Assembly (NCBI GenBank): GCA_965644495.1
Contig: CBFFSA010000016.1
Location: 62,001-126,000, forward strand
Length of the DNA stretch: 64,000 nucleotides
Direction: 5' to 3'
Source: Perkinsela sp. CCAP 1560/9
Lineage: Eukaryota > Protista > Euglenozoa: Kinetoplastea
Of this stretch, positions 1 through 9,398 are shown piece by piece. The position numbers and the translations under genes were made by a program. Below the pieces are notes generated by a model. It made no database searches. It saw only the letters and a program-made list of their open reading frames with translations, and was not told where the DNA came from. Position 1 is the stretch's first letter, and each line of letters starts with the position of its first letter.

Positions 1-2512
1 TTCGGCTATTCTGCCCCAAAACGTTCAAAAGAAAAACTTTTAATACTGACTCGTCATCAGGATGCCCACCATGTTCATCATTATGCTCGCTTGAAAGCTC
101 GAGAAAAAGAGAGCGCGGAAGGCCCACCTCCCGAACCTTACTCCTCAAGACGCCACACAAATAATCTATCCAAACAGTATACAAAGAGAAAAGAATTTTA
201 CACATCACTGAAAAGCAAAAAGGTATTTGTAACGCTAACTCGAGGCAGTAATTCTGAATTCGCACGAGCTCACAGGAACTTTGGTCTAGCACGTAGTCAG
301 TACCTCCTAATAGGAAGAGAGGATTGTTGTTGTCTTCTGGTACTTGGAATCGCAAAATTTTGACGTTTCTGATGGAAAAGTCTTCGGCATTGTGATCCAA
401 AGCAATTTTTAGGCGTTGCAGTATGTGTGCATACATGCTGGGAAGTGTCTGCTTCAATATGGTCACACGCGATTGAGATAAGAATGATGAGAAAGTAGTC
501 TCATGAGGTACTATCGGCTCAGACAGTCTAGCGTACTTGGAAATAAGACCATTTAGTTTAGTACTAAACTGAGCAAGTGGTAAATAGATATAAGGCAAAG
601 TCATGTGGCTCGTCACGCATAGCTTGTTTGGTGCATCCAAGAATGCATCTTTTTCACAGCGCGATTGTTTGCTCGTAGAAGTTACAGAATTTTTTTCAAT
701 TCCTGTTTCTTCTAGCATTGAAAGCGTCTTACTAGAGATCAAGAAATTCGGTATCATATCCACGTGAATATTAGCCAACTCTTTTCTTAGCGTGCCAAAT
801 GATGCATCTACGTTATATGTGGTTTCGCTGAGATCAGATGCATCGGTAGCAGTCCTTGTCTCAACACAAGTAACATTTTTCCCTTTTTCTAAATCCTTAC
901 TTCGACATGTTCCGTATATAGGGGCGTCCGCTAGCCCTTGTATCAGTGTAATACATTTTTGTTGGGCTTCTAAAAGTAAACTTCGTAGTTGAAATTGCTT
1001 TGCTCTCACTAAATCATTCGTCGCAACGCTCGTAGCATTCCTTAATATAGCTAAAGGGGCCTCATAAGGCTTTCTTAGAACATTACTTTCATCTATAAAC
1101 TGGGACTCGTGATGCACTTCTTCGCTAGAAAGTCTCTTAATCACAGATTCTAATTGTGCGTAAGGTGCGGCAGAGTGGAAAACGGGATACGCATTCGACA
1201 ACAGATAGGACGAATCGACGTCAATATCAAGAGTCTCGGCCTGATGATATGAATCGTATTCATCTAGAAAGTCAACCAACCTGCGAAGAATGGAAATTAT
1301 GTGAGGATCATGCTTATCATGATTTGATGCATTATCCTCCATCTCTCGTCCAATTTCTTTTTGCAATGCCTTTCTAAGTTCAATGTTCACTATTGAGGGT
1401 TCACTACAGCGCATCTCTGTGGGCTTTAATTGGCTGACATGTGAATTACTCTCTTCTCCATCGAAAGATAAACCAATGGGCTTGTACTGTGGACATGAAC
1501 TATCGTACCGCAAGCCTACATGTCCCTCCCTGGCGTATTTATTCGAACCGATTCTGAAATGTGGCAATGCTATTTCAATAAATATGTCGTGAAACATACA
1601 CACGTTGTTTAGAAAAACAAGTGTTCGACTGAAGCAACGGGTTAACACACTTTGCAGTTTCGTCCACGGAAAGGAAAGAAAATCGCCCGAACAGTCAGAA
1701 GTGCTCAAACATGTTTTGATATCCGGGAGAAAAGAGCTTAGGAGATCCTCTACATGTGATTGAACACACTGCAGAACATTATGATAGCCTAATTCCGATA
1801 TGCCAAGTGAGTTTATACAGTTAATGTAGTGCTTCAAGTGACGCTCAGAGGAAGATACTGGAAGACCTTGGGCCTTCAAAATTGTACGATCTAGTCCTTT
1901 AAGAAGTTGCGCTATACATTTTTTTCGCAGTTTATCAAACTTATTTTGTTGTGAAAGAAACTCTTCAGAAACTTCCTGAGGAATCTGCAAGCGAGTTGCC
2001 TTTTCAACAGTTCTTTGCAAGGAGTTCCACAAATTAAATGTAGATATGGCGTAAAGATGGTTTCGATTTTCTATGCAGGATCGCAAAGAACCTAAATATT
2101 CATTTCGACGCTTTCGGAGCTCTAAAATCTTGGTATTATGCGATGCCAAGTACCAGTCTCGATATGATTTTTCTACCGGGATGCATCTCAGTTCTCTTTG
2201 AATCATTTTTCGTGCCTCAATAGCATAGGATCTTAGGCCACCCATACGGCGAATATCTTGATCTACATCTTTAACAACGGACTCTCGAATTCGTAGTCTT
2301 TCGAATAGCATAGTGGAATTGTTTTCTGCATAGTTTTCAATAAGCGATGTTAGTCGGAGTTCCATGTTTGTCATCTCTGAACAGTGTTTTGCAACATTCC
2401 TTTTTTCGTTGATTACTTCCGCAAAAGCACACGAAAGATTGGGATCAACATTGGTACATTCCGCAGGATACACGTCTTCCAAAGAAGACATGCATCGCCC
2501 GTATAAATCCAT
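1..2512 (-). CDS. Hypothetical protein, >837 aa, 3' end outside the window (not in the ORF track)
   Basis: Manual translation from ATG at 2512 (MDLYGRCMSSLEDVYPAECTNV...) stays open to position 2. Same strand as all neighbours and preceded by a pyrimidine tract + AG. No family recognised; N-terminal part looks helical/coiled-coil. Confidence 0.85.
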   Translation of the reverse strand, partial: MDLYGRCMSSLEDVYPAECTNVDPNLSCAFAEVINEKRNVAKHCSEMTNMELRLTSLIENYAENNSTMLFERLRIRESVVKDVDQDIRRMGGLRSYAIEARKMIQRELRCIPVEKSYRDWYLASHNTKILELRKRRNEYLGSLRSCIENRNHLYAISTFNLWNSLQRTVEKATRLQIPQEVSEEFLSQQNKFDKLRKKCIAQLLKGLDRTILKAQGLPVSSSERHLKHYINCINSLGISELGYHNVLQCVQSHVEDLLSSFLPDIKTCLSTSDCSGDFLSFPWTKLQSVLTRCFSRTLVFLNNVCMFHDIFIEIALPHFRIGSNKYAREGHVGLRYDSSCPQYKPIGLSFDGEESNSHVSQLKPTEMRCSEPSIVNIELRKALQKEIGREMEDNASNHDKHDPHIISILRRLVDFLDEYDSYHQAETLDIDVDSSYLLSNAYPVFHSAAPYAQLESVIKRLSSEEVHHESQFIDESNVLRKPYEAPLAILRNATSVATNDLVRAKQFQLRSLLLEAQQKCITLIQGLADAPIYGTCRSKDLEKGKNVTCVETRTATDASDLSETTYNVDASFGTLRKELANIHVDMIPNFLISSKTLSMLEETGIEKNSVTSTSKQSRCEKDAFLDAPNKLCVTSHMTLPYIYLPLAQFSTKLNGLISKYARLSEPIVPHETTFSSFLSQSRVTILKQTLPSMYAHILQRLKIALDHNAEDFSIRNVKILRFQVPEDNNNPLFLLGGTDYVLDQSSCELVRIQNYCLELALQIPFCFSVMCKILFSLYTVWIDYLCGVLRSKVREVGLPRSLFLELSSEHNDEHGGHPDDESVLKVFLLNVLGQNSR

Positions 2513-2523
2513 TTTACGGGAAT

Positions 2524-2542
2524 CTTAAAAAAGAAGGTAAAA
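2524..2542 (-). promoter_or_regulatory. Putative trans-splice acceptor (polypyrimidine tract + AG)
   Basis: Minus strand reads TTTTACCTTCTTTTTTAAG, 11 nt before the ATG at 2512; typical kinetoplastid SL-addition signal. Confidence 0.55.
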
Positions 2543-2706
2543 TATGCAAATCCCTCGTAAAACAGTCATTCTCTCTGTCCCTTATCGTGGAGTACAGTGA
2601 CTTATTGAAAAAAAATTGTATACTAGTAACGTACAGAAGTACATGCTCATTAGAGCAGACAACGATTCAGAAGAACAGAAACCAAAACTCTCAAAATTTA
2701 CCAAAA

Positions 2707-3480
2707 TCATCGCCGGTATCCCGAAAGTGAAGTGCTGGTACTAAAATAAGTACCGCATAATTCGGCTATCCAAGGTCCCACACTTGTGATGATTTCGTTT
2801 ACAGGCAAAGAACCATGATCCGAAGTCTTGTTACCTATCTCGATCCACTTTGTGGTGCGAGACGGATCCTGAAAAAAGTTTGTTACCTCTGAGTTCACAT
2901 GAGCAGAAGTGTCTTTCCTGTCCCTGACAAATAACATGGGGAGATTTTTCACGGCCGGATTTTGCAGTACTGAAACGAACAACGCGTGTTGTGTGTGAAA
3001 TTTCGAGATAATACAAAACGGATAATTAACTGCTATGAACCCATGAATGTGTTTAAGGGGAAAACTATTCAGCACGCTACCGGCAAGAAAAGCACCATAT
3101 TCTATCCCGCCGAGCACGATACCCTGTGGATATAGCTCTACCACTTCTTTAAGAACTTCAATCACATCCAAACGGTCTACATCAGCTGTGTCACGTGAAC
3201 CTCCGCTGGGACTCACACCTCTGTAATTAAAACGAAACGAAATCAAGTTTGCAAAGGAAGCTGTGTCACACAACGTGCTTAGGCCAGCGTGCTCAAAGCT
3301 ATAGTTGTGCTGGGGGTGTGAGCCGCACCACACCACAACAGGCCGCGTGATACCACGACTAATGCCAAAGGGTCTCTGCACCAAACCGTGTATCTCGATA
3401 CCCGACTGTGTACAAAACCGATACGTAGATTTAGAGGCTATGGTTAAACGCTCCAAAAGTCTCACTTGGTGAGAAAGCAT
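2707..3480 (-). CDS. Alpha/beta-hydrolase fold protein, probably catalytically inactive, possibly mitochondrial
   Basis: SHPQH, FRFNYRGVSPSGG and nucleophile-elbow-like GGIEYG (E in place of S); Arg/Leu/Ser-rich N-terminus. Confidence 0.7.
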   Translation of the reverse strand: MLSHQVRLLERLTIASKSTYRFCTQSGIEIHGLVQRPFGISRGITRPVVVWCGSHPQHNYSFEHAGLSTLCDTASFANLISFRFNYRGVSPSGGSRDTADVDRLDVIEVLKEVVELYPQGIVLGGIEYGAFLAGSVLNSFPLKHIHGFIAVNYPFCIISKFHTQHALFVSVLQNPAVKNLPMLFVRDRKDTSAHVNSEVTNFFQDPSRTTKWIEIGNKTSDHGSLPVNEIITSVGPWIAELCGTYFSTSTSLSGYRR

Positions 3481-3848
3481 GAGCGCCCGATACTAAGACT
3501 TCGTGAGGATGCTAGGAGAACGTCATGCGGGTAGACAAACCACATATTTGCAAGAAATCAAATCAGGAATCTGCGAAAAAATATCAGAACATTGGCAGTA
3601 ATTCTTCAGCGAAGTATAATACATATTTGCATAATGAGAAAGTGCAAACAAATGTTGAAAACTAACTATTGATAAGCCACGCTCATCCATAAGTAAGTGA
3701 TACAAAAAGCGGAGAATTACTTTTTTATGCTTCTTACACGAGGTTCAAAATCTCGATGATTGGCTTCTCAAAACTGCATGATTCTTAGAAATCATACACC
3801 GAAAAGAAGCCGTTCAGAATAGGAAGTTTCATCCATTTTCTGGTCAAA

Positions 3849-4277
3849 TCATATAACTGAGTTTCGAACTTCTGTTTTGATGCGACCATAATTCGCATTC
3901 TTTAAACTGATTGATTGAATGCATGTCCCCCTTAAAATGATGAAACCAACTTGTTTAAAATAAACGCCATCTTTCGGAATGTCGTTGTCCGCGCTAATAT
4001 GGTCTTTATCAGTTGACTGAGAATAACTCAATTGCCTGCGCTTTACTATTGCGTGCATTTTATCCTGATAATTCGGGTCTGAAGTGACATCCTCTTCAGT
4101 GTCGAGCAGGGCGACGTTACCATTACGATCGAAAGATACAAGTTTACCTGCGAATTTCCTGTTGTCGTCGGTATTAACGTTAATGCGATAACCAACTAAA
4201 GGCAGCAGCCCACCGCGAAAATCTGGGACGACGTTTTGCTTGCCAAACACATGACGTTTGTCTGAAGGGGCGTGCAT
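3849..4277 (-). CDS. Sm/LSm-fold protein, SmB-like
   Basis: Sm1 motif YRINVNTDDNRKFAGKLVSFDRNGNVALLDTEE and Sm2 motif VGFIILRGTCIQSIS with a long loop-4 insertion. Confidence 0.8.
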   Translation of the reverse strand: MHAPSDKRHVFGKQNVVPDFRGGLLPLVGYRINVNTDDNRKFAGKLVSFDRNGNVALLDTEEDVTSDPNYQDKMHAIVKRRQLSYSQSTDKDHISADNDIPKDGVYFKQVGFIILRGTCIQSISLKNANYGRIKTEVRNSVI

Positions 4278-4431
4278 GTATAATTCGTACTGAAAGTCAA
4301 GATTTCCTCTACATTTAAATCACAAGGCATTGATTCTTCTATGATTATTCTCTTTTTAGCTACGTACCTATTTTTGTTCGGCTGAAAGAAATAATGTACA
4401 AAACAAAAAACAATGCTAACCTATTTTCGGC

Positions 4432-4476
4432 AAAACACTTGTGATTAAAACACACTTGTGATTAAACACTTGTCAT
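4432..4476. repeat. Short tandem repeat (AAACACTTGTGATT-like, ~3 copies)
   Basis: aaaacacttgtgattaaaacacacttgtgattaaacacttgtcatt. Confidence 0.7.
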
Positions 4477-4690
4477 TATTTTTCAATGGTTGCGCTCATT
4501 TTTAACTCCTTTCTGACAAAGCAAACCTGTCCTTGCATAAATCATGTGGTGCATCTTCCTGGCGAGAATGACGCACTTTTTGCTCTTTAGTGAATTTTAG
4601 TAGATGAGAAACTCATCTGCTTCTTTGACTGGTTCTCATTAGGCAGGCAATCATTCCACAACTGTACTGTTTCTTCGCCAGGATACATTA

Positions 4691-4990
4691 CCGTATACCC
4701 CACCAGTAAGAGAATGGGTTTTGGGTCGAAATGGCTAAATCTCCCTTACTGGGGGGGGTATGCTTTTTTGACCAGTTTCCTCTTTTCTCCCAACTTTTTT
4801 GACTATTTTTTTCTATTTTTTCTTCTGAAAACGTGTTAAAACGCTTATTTGGGTTACCCCCGAGGCCCCCAACATGCAGGCACCCACCCCCTACCCCCTA
4901 TACGCCCCCTGTGGGGCGCCCGAGCCAAATCTCTCTTACTGGGGGTCAGCCCCAAAAGAGCCAAATCCCTCTTTTGGGGGGGGTATACGG
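4691..4990. mobile_element. 300-bp MITE, Tc1/mariner superfamily (CCGTA termini, pogo/Tc2-like)
   Basis: TA|CCGTATACCCC...GGGGTATACGG|TA; imperfect TIR extends further; internal CTCTTACTGGGGG repeats; a solo end of the same family at 21209-21253. Confidence 0.85.
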
Positions 4991-5136
4991 TATGCATCTT
5001 TATCCAAGACCTTGATGTTTCACATCAATCACTGAAAGAACTATCGGACATCGGAGGCGCCCTTCGCCTTGATTTCCTATCAGGTTATCCGTCGCCTTCT
5101 GAGTCGGAGAAAGTGCATTATGCATCTGCGCTTGGT

Positions 5137-5632
5137 CTATGGGGGTCCAGAGGGGGGGCGCAGGGGGGGTCCAGGGGGCGTACGTCGCAATTTTTTTCGA
5201 ATTTTTTGCCTTTCAACATCGAGCGCAGTGAAGTGGTAGAGTATGCCGCGGCAATAATTTTCCACCCCCCACCTGGGGGTGACCCCCCCCTGTTATGCGT
5301 AGGAGGGGTCCGACAAGTTTGAAAAATCCGAAATTTTTGGAGTGACCCAAAAAATAAATATTGACCAAAAAAGAAGTACTAAGAAGTAAAAATATTATTT
5401 TTCCAAAATCGACTCCTAACACGTATTTTAAGAGACTCAAAATGGAATAATTTCGAAGATAATAATTTCACATTTTGGTATGAATATGACCACAAAAAAT
5501 CAACAAAAAAAAATGAAAGTTTAAGAGTTTTGGACCTCAGCTAGAATTCTACGACGTTTTTTTCGGCAGATTAGCCTCCTGTCCCTACTGGTAAGGCATC
5601 AAAAGGCGGAAGAATTATTGAACGAAATGAGC
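5137..5632 (+). repeat. Dispersed repeat family copy 1 (probable non-autonomous DNA transposon fragment)
   Basis: Aligns by eye to the reverse complement of 38335-38735 (e.g. TCGAGCGCAG..AAGTGGTAGAGTA.GCCGCGGC..TATTTTCCACCCCC; AGGAGGGGTCCGACAA; TTCTACGACGTTTTTTTCG) and more distantly to ~8040-8330. Boundaries approximate. Confidence 0.8.
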
Positions 5633-6281
5633 CGAAATCCCACGTAGGAAGCACAGTGTGAATTACTTCGCACTAAAGGGCCTAGCGTCATAAGATCAAT
5701 CACACATGCTCGTAATGTTCGAGCTGTGACATGCCCCAAACTTGGTTCTACCCGGTGGATTTCTGATAAATTTGAAAGTATAAAGTATAGCTTGACTGGC
5801 CCGGCTCGGGTGTCAGTCACGCACACTTCCTGTACAATGGAAGGTCGGACGTTAACCTCATTCCCTTGCAAGAGAATTAAGAGGGCTGAAACTAGAGATT
5901 TACGATCCCGGCCGATCCCATCGGTCCTGGTTGAATTTACGTGGAAGAAAAGTCTTGGTGAAAACGCGAGTTCTAGAAATTCGGCGAAAGAAATAGCGAC
6001 CATTTTTTTACAGAAACTCATTCAATTGTTAAAAATCAAAAACAATATTCATATGAAGGTAGGAGAAACTAAACAAACATTTACTATTAAATAGAAAGCC
6101 CCTATATATTTTTGTTTCTCCTCTTTCGCTCTTTGGACTTGAGTGCAAATCTCTGCTGCGCGTATCCTTTGTCGTCTGATTCTTTTGCTTTAGCTGAGCG
6201 TTCTTTAAATTAAAGTACGTCCTCTGTGATTTTGACCCCTGCTCAGAACATTTTCCTATCCGACTAACGCCTTTTGAGGGG

Positions 6282-6819
6282 TTGAAGAAGTTCATCCAAT
6301 TGGTAAAACCTCTGACGCACGCGAAGCAGGTTGTCACGAGAACACTGCGAAGCGTTGGATTCAGCGATACGAGGAGACAGGAGACGTGGATAATAACCCG
6401 AGCTATAACCCTCATTGATGAAGGTACGCGAGATTTGCCTTATGGAATTCCGTCATGGTCGAACCTCGTGTCAACCCTTCAGTCCGAAAGGTTTTATTGT
6501 TCCCGGCGCTCTATCACGCGCACTTTAAAGCGTGAAGGCATCATTTTGCACACTGTCCCCCGTCATCCAGCTCTTACGGCTTCCCACAAGCAGAAACGAA
6601 TAGAGCTGTGCCGCGAGCTGTCGGAGTGGACCCCTCATGATTTTGAGCCCTCACCATTTTGATGAAAATAGTGTCACAATGCTAGCTTGGCCCCCTCAGC
6701 CTCCTGATCTCAACCCCATCGGAAATATTTGGGGACAAATTGAATCACACAAAAATACTAAATGTACCAAAAATAGGGGGGAATTGCGTGATGCAATACA
6801 TTCAGGGTTCAATTGCTGA
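6282..6819 (+). pseudogene. Tc1-family transposase relic with the catalytic core deleted
   Basis: HTH_Tc3-like RRSITRTLKREG...PALTASHKQKRIELCRELSEWT followed directly, in another frame, by WPPQPPDLNPIGNIW (consensus WPPQSPDLNPIENxW). Confidence 0.85.
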
Positions 6820-6964
6820 AAGTACTTTGTTGAAGGACTTTTCCCCCTCTAAAAGCCCGTACTGTTCTGTTTAACAAGTAAAGTACTACTTAACAAGCAA
6901 AGTTGATACGAGCAAAGTTGTAGATACGATCATTGTCGTTTTAGTATCGTTCTCCATTTTTTTA

Positions 6965-7059
6965 GTCTCTTCGTTAAACGCGGCAGTAGTTTTCAAGGGG
7001 AAGCGCGCAGCAGTGGTGTCATCTAAGTTGAAAACAACCACTACATTTAATGAAGAGCC
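6965..7059. mobile_element. 95-bp MITE with ~30-bp imperfect TIRs (GGCTCTTCGTTAAA-type termini)
   Basis: TA|GTCTCTTCGTTAAACGCGGCAGTAGTTTTCAA...TTGAAAACAACCACTACATTTAATGAAGAGCC|TA; a homologous end at 38213-38273. Confidence 0.7.
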
Positions 7060-7593
7060 TAATAAAGGATAAAAAGTGATAGAAAAAAGGTCAAAGTAGT
7101 AAAAAATACAGTGTCTTAAGAAGCTACGCAAGCGCCGATCCCGACCGATCCCACCCGATAAGTGACAGGGTCCTCCAGGTTTCAGCCCTCTAAGTGTACC
7201 TGTATTTACACACACAAGTCCGACCTGTTAGCCTCGGACCAGCAGGATTATAGGATACCTTACACATATAGGAAGTTTCTTTCCGAGCAATTATCCACTG
7301 TGGTTAAGAGCGAGCTCGAAAGTTTACGAGTACCACAATCCGTTCACGAGCTTACTAACATACTCGAAAATAATTCCATTACAGAACTTATTCAATGTGC
7401 TAAAGAGTTTCTTCAAGAGTGTGCTCTGTTGCGCGTTGCTCAGGAAAAATTTTCTGCTATGCATGATCGATCCATGGCCGCGTTAGTGTATCCTACGTTG
7501 CAACAACTCATAGAGTCCTCCGAGACTGCTCCTCTACACATGATTGATGCTATTAGTGGGTTGAAACCTGTGAAAGGCAAAACCTGGCAAAAC

Positions 7594-7931
7594 CATAGTG
7601 GCAGTTAATAATTATTATAATGGAAATTATTAATCATTTCTATTATAAAAAAATCCCAATTATCAATAATTATTAATAATTTTTCAATGGTACCTAAAAT
7701 ACTCAATTTTGCGGCCGTCTTCGGGAAAAAATGAATCTGCGGGAACAAATTTCTCTTTCTTGCGGACTGGCACAATGTTCGGCAGGTGGCCTAAGGAAGG
7801 GGGTGGTGAAAGGCGGGTGTGGTGAAAGACCGGGGCGTGTTCTTAATTAATGTTTCCACGGTAAAATAATTATTATTTTTTAAACATAATTATTATTAAA
7901 GACTAAAATTATTAATACTTCTGCCACTATG
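7594..7931. mobile_element. 338-bp MITE with 8-bp TSD (hAT- or P-like), nested in element B
   Basis: GGCAAAAC|CATAGTGGCAG...CTGCCACTATG|GGCAAAAC; AT-rich AATAATTATT subterminal repeats; the empty site (single GGCAAAAC) is in the sister element end at ~63261-63302. Confidence 0.9.
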
Positions 7932-8039
7932 GGCAAAACCCGCTTATGCTTCATAGATGTGGCGAAGCAAAGTGCTTTGTCAAAAATAGTGAAGAATATA
8001 CTTGGTCTCCATGCGCTGCAAAATATTTTTTGCGCTACA

Positions 8040-8330
8040 AAAGGTGAAACTTTTGAAAAAAATATTTTTCGAAATAAACCCCCAGAACGGGTAGCCGAGG
8101 TCTTGGCGCACATTTTCCACCTCCGTACTCGAGGACGACCCCCCCCCCTCGTATCAACAGGACGGGGCCGCCAAGCTCGGTATTTTCTGAAAAGAACATT
8201 GAAAAAAAAGTCAACTTGGCGAAAAACATGGCTTAAAAAATAGTTTTTCAAAATCGTTTCATCTATTGTATTTCGAGAGTTTGGGACCTATACTAGCTTT
8301 CTATGCCGTTGTTTTCACAAGATACCCCTT
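8040..8330 (+). repeat. Diverged third copy of the 5137/38335 dispersed repeat, inside element B
   Basis: Shared blocks ATTTTCCACC...GACCCCCCCC...AGGA.GGGG.CCG.CAAG and CAAAATCG...GAGTTT.GGACCT...CTAG..TTCTA. Boundaries approximate. Confidence 0.6.
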
Positions 8331-9002
8331 CTTGAAGCCGTGACACGCCTCCCGAAATGATGTCCCAAAAAATTGGTGTCCTGGCAAAACCAGGCGAAAC
8401 TGGGCAAAACCTGGCAAAACTCGGCAAAACTTAACAGGTTTCAACCCTCTTAATGTGCACGTGAAGCGAGTTTCTAACAAGAACGAACTGCTGATTTGGG
8501 GTTCACTAATGTGGTTTTCGCCGGAGTGGATTGTGCTTTTCGCATGCCCGCGTAACAAAACATCGATTTCTGTTGAGCGCGCCGTTCACGCAGTCGAACT
8601 GGTTCTCCTATTTTTGAAACTACGGAAACCGATTGGTCTAACTACGTGACGTGCGAGGATTACGACTGGACTTCAGAGCTAAGCGACGTGGACTGGTGGA
8701 AGCAAGTTGGCAAAAAACGTTTTCCTTCCATATAGGGATGGGCACGCAAATGTGGTGGGGTCAAAATTTCTATAGCTTGGCCAATTTGTGTGATGCACCC
8801 GCATATTACCTTTAACAACAACCGTACGTTACTTCTCTAACAATGTCACAGCCTGTGATTCCATTCTTTCTGTATTTGCGAGGAAATATAATTCTCGGCA
8901 AGTGAGCATAGGAATCGATGTTGTGGCGACTCAGATGTTTCTGCGAGGTAACGAAAAATCATTAGCTCATCATGCAAGCAGTGCTAAATTAAAGAATAAA
9001 TA

Positions 9003-9302
9003 CTATCCCCCCTATTTAATAGGGCTACGTGCGACCCCCTTTAATAGGGCCATTTTGTCTGGAAGACCAAAATAGATCAAATTCTTTTTCTCGAATCCGC
9101 TGCGAAGGGGCGATTTTTTTTTCGTGCCTACCCCAACAACAAAAAGTGTGTCAAAAGCGAGCAGCAGGACCTTGTTTAACAACGATAAAAAAAGGCGCCG
9201 CGAAACGGCGCCGATTTTTTTCTTTCACATTATTTTCCATGTACCTCCCTTTAAAAGGGCATTTTTCCCAAAATCGGAGTCCTATTAAATAGGGGGGGAT
9301 AG
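9003..9302. mobile_element. 300-bp MITE, TA TSD (Tc1/mariner-type)
   Basis: TA|CTATCCCCCCTATTTAATAGG...CCTATTAAATAGGGGGGGATAG|TA; internal hairpin GGCGCCGCGAAACGGCGCC. Confidence 0.85.
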
Positions 9303-9398
9303 TAGTAACTAATGAACAATCCCGAACGAAGTATCTCTACTCTGAAAAATAGCGATCATAAAGACAGAGGCTCCTAATGTGAGCTTGCGTTCTCCATT

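Larger units (their letters stand above)
5881..7190. mobile_element. TIR element A (GAGGGCTGAAAC termini, 3-bp TAA TSD)
   Basis: TAA|GAGGGCTGAAAC...GTTTCAGCCCTC|TAA; subterminal CGATCCC repeats at both ends; carries nested Tc1 fragment and 95-bp MITE. Confidence 0.8.
7556..8449. mobile_element. TIR element B (GAGGGTTGAAACCTG termini, 3-bp TTA TSD)
   Basis: TTA|GTGGGTTGAAACCTG...CAGGTTTCAACCCTC|TTA; subterminal GGCAAAAC repeats at both ends; excision restores the hAT reading frame (ATT AAT GTG). Confidence 0.85.
5648..8995 (+). pseudogene. Fragmented hAT-family transposase fossil, split by later insertions
   Basis: In order: LGSTRWIS (hAT TRW motif, ~5741-5764); AKEFLQECALLRVAQEKFSAMHDRSMAALVYPTLQQL (7400-7510); dimerisation domain DVDWWKQVGKKRFPSI*GWARKCGGVKIS//VTACDSILSVFARKYNSRQVSIGIDVVATQMFLRGN (8685-8951). 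Removing the elements at 5881-7190 and 7556-8449 plus one TSD copy each rejoins ORFs 5726, 7162 and 8455 in frame. Confidence 0.75.

Noticed and set aside
5873-8457. Elements A and B as ordinary hAT elements with 8-bp TSDs
   Set aside because: 8-bp flanks do not match (AGAATTAA vs TAAGTGTA; TGCTATTA vs TTAATGTG), while 3-bp duplications do and restore the reading frame.
8772-8844. Spliceosomal intron in the hAT fossil
   Set aside because: No GT...AG boundaries in the register that restores the protein; kept only as an unclassified insert.
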